A stretch of 64,000 bases of DNA from Rhynchopus sp. YZ270_cl-10. Lineage: Eukaryota. The translations under genes and the position numbers were made by a program. Positions 35,049 through 47,564 of this stretch are shown here, piece by piece. The DNA lies in contig OZ037838.1 in NCBI GenBank assembly GCA_964035575.1, positions 682,001 to 746,000 on the forward strand, in the 5' to 3' direction. The notes under the pieces were generated by a model. The model did not search any database. It was not told where the DNA came from and worked only from the letters and a program-made list of their open reading frames with translations. The first letter of the stretch is position 1. Each line of letters begins with the position of its first letter.

Positions 35049-37262
35049 GCGTTCTTCTGCGAAAACCCACGCTTTCGAACGCAACGCGTTCTTCTGCGAA
35101 AACCCACGCTTTCAAAAGCAACGCGTTCTTCTGCAAAAACCCACGCTTTCGAACGCAACGCGTTCTTCTGCGAAAACCCACGCTTTCGAAAGCAACGCGT
35201 TCTTCTGGGAAAACCCACGCTTTCGAAAGCAACGCGTTCTTCTGCGAAAACCCACGCTTTCGAACGCAACGCGTTCTTCTGCAAAACCCACGCTTTCGAA
35301 AGCAACGCGTTCTTCTGCAAAAACCCACGCTTTCGAAAGCAACGCGATCTTCTGCAAAAACCCACGCTTTCGAACGCAACGCGTTCTTCTGCAAAACCCA
35401 CGCTTTCGAAAGCAACGCGTTCTTCTGCAAAAACCCACGCTTTCGAACGCAACGCGTTCTTCTGGGAAAACCCACGCTTTCGAACGCAACGCGTTCTTCT
35501 GGGAAAACCCACGCTTTCGAACGCAACGCGTTCTTCTGGGAAAACCCACGCTTTCGAACGCAACGCGTTCTTCTGCGAAAACCCACGCTTTCGAACGCAA
35601 CGCGTTCTTCTGCAAAAGCCCACGCTTTCGAACTCAACGCGTTCTTCTGCGAAAACCCACGCTTTCGAACTCAACGCGTTCTTCTGCAAAACCCACGCTT
35701 TCGAACGCAACGCGTTCTTCTGCGAAAACCCACGCTTTCGAACGCAACGCGTTCTTCTGCAAAACCCCCGCTTTCGAACGCAACGCGTTCTTCTGCAAAA
35801 CCCACGCTTTCGAAAGCAACGCGTTCTTCTGCAAAAACCCACGCTTTCGAAAGCAACGCGATCTTCTGCAAAAACCCACGCTTTCGAACGCAACGCGTTC
35901 TTCTGCGAAAACCCACGCTTTCGAAAGCAACGCGTTCTTCTGGGAAAACCCACGCTTTCGAACGCAACGCGTTCTTCTGCAAAAGCCCACGCTTTCGAAC
36001 GCAACGCGTTCTTCTGCAAAACCCACGCTTTCGAACGCAACGCGTTCATCTGCAAAAGCCCACGCTTTCGAACGCAACGCGTTCTTCTGCAAAAACCCAC
36101 GCTTTCGAACGCAACGCGTTCTTCTGCAAAAGCCCACGCTTTCGAACGCAACGCGTTCTTCTGCAAAACCCACGCTTTCGAACGCAACGCGTTCATCTGC
36201 AAAAGCCCACGCTTTCGAACGCAACGCGTTCTTCTGCAAAAACCCACGCTTGCGTACGCAACGCGTTCTTCTGCGAAAACCCACGCTTTCGAAAGCAACG
36301 CGTTCTTCTGCGAAAACCCACGCTTTCGAAAGCAACGCGTTCTTCTGCAAAAACCCACGCTTTCGAACGCAACGCGTTCTTCTGCGAAAACCCACGCTTT
36401 CGAAAGCAACGCGTTCTTCTGCGAAAACCCACGCTTTCGAACGCAACGCGTTCTTCTGCAAAAACCCACGCTTTCGAACGCAACGCGTTCATCTGCAAAA
36501 GCCCACGCTTTCGAACGCAACGCGTTCTTCTGCAAAAGCCCACGCTTTCGAACGCAACGCGTTCTTCTGCAAAAACCCACGCTTTCGTACGCAACGCGTT
36601 CTTCTGCGAAAACCCACGCTTTCGAAGGCAACGCGTTCTTCTGCGAAAACCCACGCTTTCGAACGCAACGCGTTCTTCTGCGAAAACCCACGCTTTCGAA
36701 CGCAACGCGTTCTTCTGCAAAAACCCACGCTTTCGAACGCAACGCGTTCTTCTGCAAAAACCCACGCTTTCGAACGCAACGCGTTCTTCTGCGAAAACCC
36801 ACGCTTTCGAACGCAACGCGTTCTTCTGCAAAAACCCACGCTTTCGAACGCAACGCGTTCTTCTGCAAAAGCCCACGCTTTCGAACGCAACGCGTTCTTC
36901 CGCAAAACCCGCGCTTTCGAACGCAACGCTTTCTTCTGCGAAAACCCACGCTTTCGAAAGCAACGCGTTCTTCTGCGAAAACCCACGCTTTCGAACGCAA
37001 CGCTTTCTTCTGCGAAAACCCACGCTTTCGAACGCAACGCGTTCTTCTGCAAAAGCCCACGCTTTCGAACGCAACGCGTTCTTCCGCAAAACCCACGCTT
37101 TCGAACGCAACGCTTTCTTCTGCGAAAACCCACGCTTTCGAAAGCAACGCGTTCTTCTGCGAAAACCCACGCTTTCGAAAGCAACGCGTTCTTCTGCGAA
37201 AACCCACGCTTTCGAACGCAACGCGTTCTTCTGCGAAAACCCACGCTTTCGAACGCAACGCG
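35049..37262 (+). repeat. 37-bp satellite, block 3
   Basis: Tandem units. Confidence 0.99.
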
Positions 37263-37897
37263 TTTTTTTTTTTTTTTTTTTTTTCTCTTTGGCCTTTAGT
37301 GGTCTTTTTATTGCGATAGGTTAGTACACAATGAACAAAAAGCAAGGTGGGCGCACCACTCAAACAAAATGAACAGAACACAAAAGGTGGGCACTGCCCA
37401 GGGTATCTCATTACACCTCCCCTGACGTTGGTCTCCTGCTTGCTTGAGAGGCCGGGGAATCACTTTGGAGTCAAACAACTCGTACGCGAGGATACCTCCC
37501 CTAAAACTGGAAAATACAAATGGAGTGGTGCGCGCAGTAATGTAAGCGGTGTCGTGGCGTGCTTAGCCAAAGGTATACGCTTAAAAGTCACTCAAAAAAA
37601 AAAAAAAAAAAAATAAAAGGGAATATGCATTGTGTAAGTATAACTAGTGTGTATTTATATGGGGCGGTGTGGAAAGTGAAACGTAAGGCAGCAAATAGGG
37701 TACACACAGCTCGCCCCCATCACACGCTTTCCCCCTTTCATATCCCAAGATAGCACCCAGGGCGCAATCGATTTTAACATCAACAAAATGCAGTGACTGG
37801 TGTGTTTGTGTGTCTTTAGGGGCGAGGGGGCGGGCAGAGTGAGAGGCAGGCATCTGTGGCAGTCGCAAACCCCCACCAGGAGCCCTGATCTCTTAGG
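37263..37897 (-). mobile_element. retrotransposon 3' stub D (635 bp)
   Basis: Same 5' junction as stub C. Confidence 0.9.
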
Positions 37898-38267
37898 GCG
37901 TTCTTCTGCGAAAACCCACGCTTTCGAACGCAACGCGTTCTTCTGCGAAAACCCACGCTTTCAAAAGCAACGCGTTCTTCTGCAAAAACCCACGCTTTCG
38001 AACGCAACGCGTTCTTCTGCGAAAACCCACGCTTTCGAAAGCAACGCGTTCTTCTGGGAAAACCCACGCTTTCGAAAGCAACGCGTTCTTCTGCGAAAAC
38101 CCACGCTTTCGAACGCAACGCGTTCTTCTGCGAAAACCCACGCTTTCGAACGCAACGCGTTCTTCTGCAAAACCCACGCTTTCGAAAGCAACGCGATCTT
38201 CTGCAAAAACCCACGCTTTCGAACGCAACGCGTTCTTCTGCAAAACCCACGCTTTCGAAAGCAACGC

Positions 38268-38271
<4 letters not shown>
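37898..38271 (+). repeat. 37-bp satellite, block 4
   Basis: About 10 tandem units. Confidence 0.99.
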
Positions 38272-38298
<27 letters not shown>

Positions 38299-38608
38299 TC
38301 TCTTTGGCCTTTAGTGGTCTTTTTATTGCGATAGGTTAGTACACAATGAACAAAAAGCAAGGTGGGCGCACCACTCAAACAAAATGAACAGAACACAAAA
38401 GGTGGGCACGGCCCAGGGTATCTCATTACACCTCCCCTGACGTTGGTCTCCTGCTTGCTTGAGAGGCCGGGGAATCACTTTGGAGTCAAACAACTCGTAC
38501 GCGAGGATACCTCCCCTAAAACTGGAAAATACAAATGGAGTGGTGCGCGCAGTAATGTAAGCGGTGTCGTGGCGTGCTTAGCCAAAGGTATACGCTTAAA
38601 AGTCACTC

Positions 38609-38639
<31 letters not shown>

Positions 38640-41600
38640 AATATGCATTGTGTAAGTATAACTAGTGTGTATTTATATGGGGCGGTGTGGAAAGTGAAAC
38701 GTAAGGCAGCAAATAGGGTACACACAGCTCGCCCCCATCACACGCTTTCCCCCTTTCATATCCCAAGATAGCACCCAGGGCGCAATCGATTTTAACATCA
38801 ACAAAATGCAGTGACTGGTGTGTTTGTGTGTCTTTAGGGGCGAGGGGGCGGGCAGAGTGAGAGGCAGGCATCTGTGGCAGTCGCAAACCCCCACCAGGAG
38901 CCCTGATCTCTTAGGTATGTTTGTGTTGTGGCGGCGTACACGATTTGCCCTTGTTGGGGTGTTGGTGGCGTTCTTTTGGGGCATGTGGCTCGTGTTATTA
39001 CCTATGAGACTCGGACACCCAGCAGAGGCGCAACTTCCACTTCAGGTACCCATCGCTCTCCCCACCCCTCCTCCCCTTGTCGTCGCATTTGCCTGTGCCG
39101 CAATCGGGTGTGCTTAGGGTACTACATCGGGCCACGGGCAGGGGCTGAGTCTGGGGGCTGTCGTGGCAGAAAAATAAGCTAGTGAGTAGGGCACGAGTAG
39201 TACGTTCCCACATTGCGTAACGTATCTTACTTGCATATGGGGATAAGGGGGGTTAAATGGTAGTACAGGTGGCTCGCATCGGGGGTGTCGCTACGCACCC
39301 GTCTACTTTACAGTGACTGCTGCCGAAAATAAAAAGGTGGGAGGTTACAGGGGCGCGGTACCCACTGGCGCCTCCCCGCAAGGTGTTGATAGCGACAGGT
39401 TGTTTCAGTTTGCAATTGCGAAAAAAAAAAAAAAAATATTTTAAAATAAAACATTTTTTATTTAAATTTAAAATTTGTGTTATTAAAGTTTTGTTTTGTT
39501 ACAAATTGTAGAAGTGTGTGTCACTACCCGTGGGGGGGAGTTTGGGGCTACTGCGGTTGACATAGTGTCCCATAAGAGTGTGCTGTTGTTTTCGCTAGTA
39601 GCGTACCTGGTGGAGCATGCAAGGTGGCCTAGTAGACTCCTACGCAGCTTCACCGGCACGTGTGTATTGTGTAAAGGGGGAAGGGTGAGGTGGGGGTATT
39701 AAATAGGGGAGTTGGGGAATTTGGGATTTTGGTGGGCGGGAAGAACGTCCGTATGGTAAGACGCGCCGCACGCCTCTTTGGGCACATGTAGTGTTTGTGT
39801 GTGCATGTGCTTGCATGTTTAGTCATAAGGGGGGTTTTGATGGTTGTGTTGGTAGCTCGCATCGGGGGTGTCGCTACGCACCCTTTCACCTAACAGTAAT
39901 TGCTGCCGTAAAAGAAAAATAAATGATAAATGAAAAAGAGGAGGTTACCAGAGCGCGGTAGACACTGGCGCCTCCCCTCGAGGTGTTTGGTTGCGACAGA
40001 AAAGGTTACATTTTGCATTTTAAAAGTTTCAAAAGAGGATAAGGTGTGAGCAGTTAAAGTAAAAGTGTGGGTCACTACCCTTTGAAGGGGAACAATGGGG
40101 TAACTGCAGCGCGGTAGTCGCTGGTGACCCTCAAGATTGTGTTGTTGTTTTGACAGGCAGCGTAATCGGTGGAAAATGCAAGGTGGCCGGGTAGACCCCT
40201 AAGCAGCTTCACCGGCACGTGCGTATTGTGTAAAGGGGGAAGGGTGTGTTGGCAGTATTAAATAGGGGGGAATTGGGGCACGGGAAGAGCATTCGTAGGG
40301 TAGATGTGTGGTACACCTCCGTCCGCACATGTATAGTTTGCTTTAATTGATTAATGTACAGTCAGATGCTCCTAATCTACTTGTGTTTAACGACTGTTGA
40401 CCTCCAAAAGAGCGGTAAATACATTGTGCTGTGGTACAGAGAGTGTAGGGAGTGGCGGCATAAAAAAGGGGATAACTAGGTGCATAAAGAAGCGTCCGCT
40501 GGGTAAAATGTGGAGTACGCCTCTCTGGGCGTACTTCGAGTGCGGAGGGACCTGGGGCTTCAATAGCGAGAGAGAATTATGCATCAGGGATTTCTACGGT
40601 GTGAGAAGTGTGGTAGAGATGTGGAAAAATGGGTAGGGGGAACGCTGAATGAGCGAACGAAAGGCTTTTGATTGGGTAACATGTGGGGAAAGACAGCAGA
40701 AAAGCAACAAAATACCCGTTGTAAATAGGGGGACATGAATAACACGCTTGTTGTCAGGGGCTAGCAGCGCGACGTAAGTCGTACTGCAGCCTATGACACA
40801 AGATTAAACACAGAACATAATAATATTAATCAACAACAACTCAGTCACGACTAACTACCGTTACGGAGGTACTCCTCAAGCGGGCCAGGCAGGAAACTCT
40901 CGCTGACGAGGTACTTCAGGGCGGTCGCCGGCTCTCGCATGAGGAGGGTATGGAGGTCCGGGAGGCTTTCGCTACACGTTTGTCGGCAGGAGAAGAACAG
41001 GTGCTTCAGGGTGCAGGGCTTGTCGCATCGCAGGCATGTGGCAGTGTTCGACGAGGTGCGGAAGTCGAACGTTAGCTGGTTGCTGCCAGCTCGGAGGCTG
41101 CGGATGGTGGTTTCCCCCCTGCGGGTGAGGTCCGTGCAGTGGACGGGAGGTTGCAGCACCGCTACGTCCGCTCCGGCCTTCCTGGCGTACACCGTGTTCG
41201 TGCCGGGCTGCTCGACGGAAGGGGTGTTCGCCAGGTGACGTCTCGCACATGATCTGGCGGCAGAGAAGGACAGGCCAGGGCTCTGCACCATCTTGGTGCC
41301 TTCTGCGGCCGCAGCGTCAGCAGCATCATTGCCCAGGACCTGCACATGCGAGGGGACGTAGTGCAGTATTAGGTTTATGTTGTTGCCGGCAAGCCGGTGT
41401 AGTCCTTTCCAGAGTTTGTGTTCGAAGTCCTCTCTGGCCTTCTTGGGACCGCTCTCTAGCGCACGCAGGGACGATTGCGAGTCTGTGAGGATGGCGCAGG
41501 TGGCCCCAGGGGTTGCTTTGTCAAAGAGAAGGTCAATGGAGTGGCCTATGGCGATCATTTCGGCTTGAAAGCTGCTTGCGCCGGTGCCGGCCCCGTAGGA

Positions 41601-42083
41601 GAAGGAGCAGTTGGGTTCTCGCATCTCGGGGAGCTTGTACAGCACTACCCCAGCACCCCCGCTTTTGCCCTGGACAGAGCCGTCGGTGTAGGCGTGCCAT
41701 TCGCAGGGGGGAAGGCGTTGGAGGGCCTCCTCTGTGAGGAGCAGGAATTTTTCGTCATCTGGCTCAGGGTCGGAGCGGCGTATCCCAGGTATCGTGGCGG
41801 TGATACTTAGGCGGGGCAGTACGTCACTCCAATACCACGGGTCTACAGGCAGGTGACGCTGCATATCTGCCATATGCACCCCAGGTCTGCGGAACTCCTT
41901 GTGTGCCTCGGAGGAGAGTCGCTGGGCGGCGGAGAGCCAGTTGTTGAGCGTGAGGGAGGCGGAGGTGTAGCCGCAGGCCGCTTTCCCTGGCGTGTCGGTG
42001 TGACGCCGAAACAACTCGAACGCAGTTACGGCGTCCAATCGCATCAGGTCCACTATCGGGGTCAGGCGTGCCTCCCACAGCAA
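38272..42083 (-). mobile_element. 5'-truncated non-LTR retrotransposon, long copy E
   Basis: Near-identical to copy A (offset 10721 in the ORF), with the same 5' junction. The poly(A) junction is shifted by 3 nt (gcgttc|ttt). Confidence 0.9.
40851..42083 (-). CDS. RNase H + CCHC C-terminal ORF fragment of copy E
   Basis: Translation identical to 30130-31362. Confidence 0.92.
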   Translation of the reverse strand: MLWEARLTPIVDLMRLDAVTAFELFRRHTDTPGKAACGYTSASLTLNNWLSAAQRLSSEAHKEFRRPGVHMADMQRHLPVDPWYWSDVLPRLSITATIPGIRRSDPEPDDEKFLLLTEEALQRLPPCEWHAYTDGSVQGKSGGAGVVLYKLPEMREPNCSFSYGAGTGASSFQAEMIAIGHSIDLLFDKATPGATCAILTDSQSSLRALESGPKKAREDFEHKLWKGLHRLAGNNINLILHYVPSHVQVLGNDAADAAAAEGTKMVQSPGLSFSAARSCARRHLANTPSVEQPGTNTVYARKAGADVAVLQPPVHCTDLTRRGETTIRSLRAGSNQLTFDFRTSSNTATCLRCDKPCTLKHLFFSCRQTCSESLPDLHTLLMREPATALKYLVSESFLPGPLEEYLRNGS

Positions 42084-43940
42084 GTTCTTCTGCAAAAACC
42101 CACGCTTTCGAACGCAACGCGTTCTTCTGCGAAAACCCACGCTTTCGAACGCAACGCGTTCTTCTGGGAAAACCCACGCTTTCGAACGCAACGCGTTCTT
42201 CTGGGAAAACCCACGCTTTCGAACGCAACGCGTTCTTCTGGGAAAACCCACGCTTTCGAACGCAACGCGTTCTTCTGCGAAAACCCACGCTTTCGAACGC
42301 AACGCGTTCTTCTGGGAAAACCCACGCTTTCAAAAGCAACGCGTTCTTCTGCAAAAACCCACGCTTTCGAACGCAACGCGTTCTTCTGCGAAAACCCACG
42401 CTTTCGAAAGCAACGCGTTCTTCTGCAAAAACCCACGCTTTCGAACGCAACGCGTTCTTCTGCGAAAACCCACGCTTTCGAAAGCAACGCTTTCTTCTGC
42501 GAAAACCCACGCTTTCGAAAGCAACGCGTTCTTCTGCAAAAACCCACGCTTTCGAAAGCAACGCTTTCTTCTGCGAAAACCCACGCTTTCGAAAGCAACG
42601 CGTTCTTCTGCGAAAACCCACGCTTTCGAACGCAACGCGTTCTTCTGCAAAAACCCACGCTTTCGAACGCAACGCGTTCTTCTGCGAAAACCCACGCTTT
42701 CGAAAGCAACGCTTTCTTCTGCGAAAACCCACGCTTTCGAAAGCAACGCGTTCTTCTGCAAAAACCCACGCTTTCGAACGCAACGCGTTCTTCTGCGAAA
42801 ACCCACGCTTTCGAAAGCAACGCTTTCTTCTGCGAAAACCCACGCTTTCGAAAGCAACGCGTTCTTCTGCAAAAACCCACGCTTTCGAACGCAACGCGTT
42901 CTTCTGCGAAAACCCACGCTTTCGAAAGCAACGCGTTCTTCTGCGAAAACCCACGCTTTCGAACGCAACGCGTTCTTCTGCAAAAACCCACGCTTTCGAA
43001 CGCAACGCGTTCTTCTGCGAAAACCCACGCTTTCGAACGCAACGCGTTCTTCTGCAAAAACCCACGCTTTCGAAAGCAACGCGTTCTTCTGCAAAAACCC
43101 ACGCTTTCGAAAGCAACGCGATCTTCTGCAAAAACCCACGCTTTCGAACGCAACGCGTTCTTCTGCAAAACCCACGCTTTCGAAAGCAACGCGTTCTTCT
43201 GAAAAAACCCACGCTTTCGAACGCAACGCGTTCTTCTGCGAAAACCCACGCTTTCGAACGCAACGCGTTCTTCTGCAAAACCCACGCTTTCGAACGCAAC
43301 GCGTTCTTCTGCAAAACCCACGCTTTCGAAAGCAACGCGTTCTTCTGGGAAAACCCACGCTTTCGAACGCAACGCGTTCTTCTGCGAAAACCCACGCTTT
43401 CGAACGCAACGCGTTCTTCTGCAAAAGCCCACGCTTTCGAACGCAACGCGTTCTTCTGCAAAACCCACGCTTTCGAACGCAACGCGTTCATCTGCAAAAG
43501 CCCACGCTTTCGAACGCAACGCGTTCTTCTGCAAAAACCCACGCTTGCGTACGCAACGCGTTCTTCTGCGAAAACCCACGCTTTCGAAAGCAACGCGTTC
43601 TTCTGCGAAAACCCACGCTTTCGAAAGCAACGCGTTCTTCTGCAAAAACCCACGCTTTCGAACGCAACGCGTTCTTCTGCGAAAACCCACGCTTTCGAAA
43701 GCAACGCGTTCTTCTGCGAAAACCCACGCTTTCGAACGCAACGCGTTCTTCTGCGAAAACCCACGCTTTCGAACGCAACGCGTTCTTCTGCAAAAGCCCA
43801 CGCTTTCGAACGCAACGCGTTCTTCTGGGAAAACCCACGCTTTCGAACGCAACGCGTTCTTCTGCAAAACCCACGCTTTCGAAAGCAACGCGTTCTTCTG
43901 CGAAAACCCACGCTTTCGAAAGCAACGCGTTCTTCTGCAA
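42084..43940 (+). repeat. 37-bp satellite, block 5
   Basis: Tandem units. The variant order at the start mirrors block 2. Confidence 0.99.
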
Positions 43941-46039
43941 ATGCAGAGAGTGATGCAAAGAAGCAGAAGAAGTCCACTGCAAAGAATGCTGCTGCGAACA
44001 GCCAGGGGAAAGAGGAGTCTGCGAGTGGGGTGAAGCGCAGCAGTGATGACGGCGCCGATGCCGAGTGGCCCGGACTCGATATCGCTATGGCTGTGAGCAA
44101 GCAGGAGTCCGCAGGCCCGGCGGCAGGGACGACACGTGCCAGTGGGTTGCCACATGGAATACAGGATACGGGGTTTCTGCACCAGGAAGAACTTCTGGTG
44201 CACAACATGTAGAGGGTTCTCCCCATTGCGCTGGACGATGTGGAAGATTCGACCTATGGATTCTCCTCTTTGCACATGGTGGGATACGAAACCTCCTTAG
44301 CAGTGTCGCCGCCAGGATTCCAGGCCAATGATGTGACGTCGCTCACCTCGCGCCCTATCGCAACTCGGGGAGACGGAGCATGTGCGTTGCATGCGTTGCT
44401 GGGGAGGCATTTGTTGCATGGCGAGATTGTGTGCCGAGGTCTGCCAGATGTGACGGAGTCACAGCTCAGGGACAGGCCTTGGCATCATGCCAGGGTATAT
44501 GCGTTGAGAGAGCTCGTCAAGCATAGTGGCTTGTTCTTGAGGTGTGCCCGACAGTTCCTTAACACTCTGTGTTAAGGTTTTTAAGGTTGCTTTTGTGGCG
44601 TACCCCCCCACCCCTTGGCACCCCCGACGGGGTACCCCAAAAAATGACATTTCTCGCAGAGGCGCCAAAGTGTAAGATTTTTTCGGCATTGGAAAGATAG
44701 GGCCAAAAATCGAGTTCTTACTAAATCAGATCGCTGAGAGATTAGTTTTTAATTCCTATTTTCGTGTCGCGAGTTTACGTGTAAAATGCCTTAGGAACCG
44801 TGCGTTCCTTAAGGATTCTTAAGGATTCTACAGGGAAAACAGGCGTTTTGGCCAAAAACACGGTTTTTAAGGCAGGTAACCGGGTTTGCGGCTTGGGAAA
44901 CGTGCCAACGCGGTGTGAGAACCATGCGTGGGGGTTTGTAACCACTCGTTGCGTTGGTTGCGTTGCGTTCGTTACGTAGCGTTCGTTGCATACAGAACGC
45001 TACGTACACATAGGTTACGTAGTGTTGCATGCGGTTGCATGCGTTGCGTTCGTTGTGTAGAGATCGTTACGTACAGAGCGCAACGTATGGAGCGGTTGCG
45101 TTGCGTTGGTTGTGTTCGGTTGGTTACGTTCGTTGCGTACAGATAGTGACGCACGCATCGGTTCCGTTGTGTTGGATGAGATGCGTTGGTTGTGTTCGGT
45201 TGGTTACGTTCGTTGCGTTCAGATCGTTGCGCACACATCGGTAGCGTTGTGTTGGTTGTGTCGTTGACACATGTTCGTGGGAATCTGTTCGTTTCTTTTC
45301 AGATCTTTGCATACATCAACCACGATCAATAGGGAGTGTTAAGGATTAGCAAAACTAAATTTTGCGGCTTGACTCCAAGCTCGATAAGCACTGTGCGGAC
45401 GCGAAGGCCGAGTTGACCAGACTCGAGTCGCTACGAGGTGCTCTCATTTTTGAGCACGTCAAGGCTAGGGATTTGTGTGCTGAAGATTCGCAGTTCTTAC
45501 TGGAAATGAGGACGCTGCATGAACTTCATCGCGAGATGAGTCACGCGGACTTCATGCCACACGTGAATCCGGATTTGTGCAATGAGGGTTACAAGACGTG
45601 TGACCACATTCGTGAACGTGTGCGCGACGTTGCTGTTGCTGATCTCTTCCCGCAGGATGAGGCTGTTCAGCGTCAGACAGATGTGATCACGCGCAAGCAG
45701 GAGGAGTTCTATTCCTCAAGAGGCGTACAGGAAGAAGTTCGTCAGTCGGGACTATTACCTGTCTGTGAAGAAATCGAGGCAGTGGCAGTGGCGTTCGGCA
45801 AAAGGGTGCTATTGGTCCACGAGGACACCAATACTTGTGTTGTGATGAATCCGGAAGCGACCCATGTTCGCGTCATCCTGCAACAAGGGGATACAGCAGC
45901 ACCTGAGAAGTGCCATTTCTCCCTGCTGAAACAAAACTCGCGCACGCCACCAAATTTCCAGTGTCCGCAGTGTCGCACCACTTATTTTTTTCGCATTTTG
46001 AGGGGGGGGAAATGCAAAATGAAAACAAAATTTTGGTAG
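43941..46039 (+). pseudogene. UIM + OTU-like cysteine protease (deubiquitinase) pseudogene
   Basis: LDIAMAVSKQE (UIM-like), ATRGDGACALHALLG (OTU Cys loop) and EIEAVAVAFGKRVLLVH...CHFSLL (His loop), all in one frame. There is an in-frame TAG at 44210 and an 804-bp insertion. Confidence 0.7.
44557..45360 (+). mobile_element. Helitron2/HINE-like element inserted in the OTU pseudogene
   Basis: 5' hairpin ccttaacac/gtgttaagg and 3' subterminal gagtgttaagg (45334-45344). Excision at T|T restores RQF-LRLDSK with no TSD. Confidence 0.8.
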
Positions 46040-47197
46040 ATTCACAGAATTCAGATTTTTGCTAAGGTGCTGGCAGCTGGCCCCAAAAAAAAAAAAAAAA
46101 ATATTTTCCCCCAGGGAAGTTCCTAAGTGGGACCGAGAACATGAAATTCTGGATTTTAGTTTTTTTTTCCTTTTTTTTTTTCCTTTTTTTCCTTAGGGGG
46201 CTTTCTTGTGGTTTCTGGTGGGTTTCACTGTAGGTGACACACCACCAGTGTGGTGAAATGGTCGAAACTCTCAAAAGCAAGAGTTTTCAGGGGGCAAGAA
46301 AAAAAAATTGACAACAAAATCCTTCACTGTCCAGGGCTGTACCCCCAATTTTTTTTTTGCCTGCGGCGCCATTTTTCATTTTTTGCTCTGCAAAAAAGGG
46401 TTCGTTGGAAGCTAGATTTTTACACTGTACTCAAATTTTTTTGCCTGCGGCGCCATTTATATTATTTTTTGCTCCGCAAAAAGAGAAGTGCAACGCCTCA
46501 CCGTTCATCGGCGGAAGCACTGGTTCCACGGGTTATCGAACCCCAGAGAGCACTTCATTGGCATGCACGCGGTTACCGCGAGGGAGCGTGTATGCAGGTA
46601 CAAAATCACTGCCCCATCCAAATAATATTCCCAACGTCTTTGGGGATCCCCTTGCATTTTGCAGCCAAAAATGCAACTAGACCAAAGCAAAAAGTTCCGC
46701 GCGAGTGTAGCGCGCCCGGGTTTGGGACCCCTTTTTGAATTTCGAGGGGCGGTTAAAGTGGGCCCAGAATCACAGTTCTGACACTCATTTAGCATTGTGA
46801 GCAACTCACTAGTGGTCGTAACCAAAATTTGTATCAATCAAGAACTTGTCCATTTTCTCGAAATGACCCCACTACAGTGAGGGTAGAGCTCGGAAAGCCC
46901 GAAAAAGGGCAAAAAACCCCACCCAAAAAAAGGAAAAAAACGGGAACATAAATCCAGAATTTTGCTGTTTTTTCCCAGAACAAGGAACAACCCTGTTTTC
47001 CCCCCACATTTTTTGGTCCAGGGTCACAAAAAAAAATCTCCGATTCCTGAAACCCCAAATCCTGGCGGAAACCCTGCCGGGGGGGGAAAAACAAAAAAAA
47101 AAATTTTTGTTTTTTTTGACAAAAACGGCCAAAAACGACAAAATAGTTTTTACGACAAAAATTCCTTCACAAATTGTACAGGATGAGACCCCCTATG

Positions 47198-47564
47198 GAG
47201 TGGCGCTTTCACGGTCTGCTTCTGTCTTTGCTGTGGAGGGACGTGGCAACGTGCACCTCTTTGATTGGAGTGGTGCGGCTCTTGGCACTATTGATGTGGG
47301 TGGGGATGTCGGGGCATGCAGTTCACCCTGTGTGGGAAGTATGTTGTAGTCTGGGTAGAGGGTACGGATTCTGATGATGACACAGAGGACGACTGCAACA
47401 ATACACCCCTGAACCAGTATGATGTGGCGACCATGTCCTGTGTGCGTGTGATACCACAGTGTTCTGGTGCATTTGCGATATCGCCGTGTTCACGTGTTGT
47501 TGTGGTTGTGCAACCAGATGGCGTTATTGTGACAAAGCATCTGTACCCACACAACAGTGAGTGA
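47198..47564 (+). pseudogene. 3' fragment of a Ubl-propeller paralog with a frameshift
   Basis: VALSRSASVFAV...LYPHNSE*, with a frame change just before MQFT. Confidence 0.85.

Noticed and set aside
22541..43940. CRISPR array (37-bp, partly palindromic repeat)
   Set aside because: The repeats are contiguous with no unique spacers, there are no cas genes, and the context is eukaryotic.
22467..44275. Very long ORFs (up to 1282 aa) on both strands across the satellite
   Set aside because: The 37-bp monomer lacks stop codons in most frames, so overlapping ORFs cycle through all frames on both strands. There is no evidence of coding.
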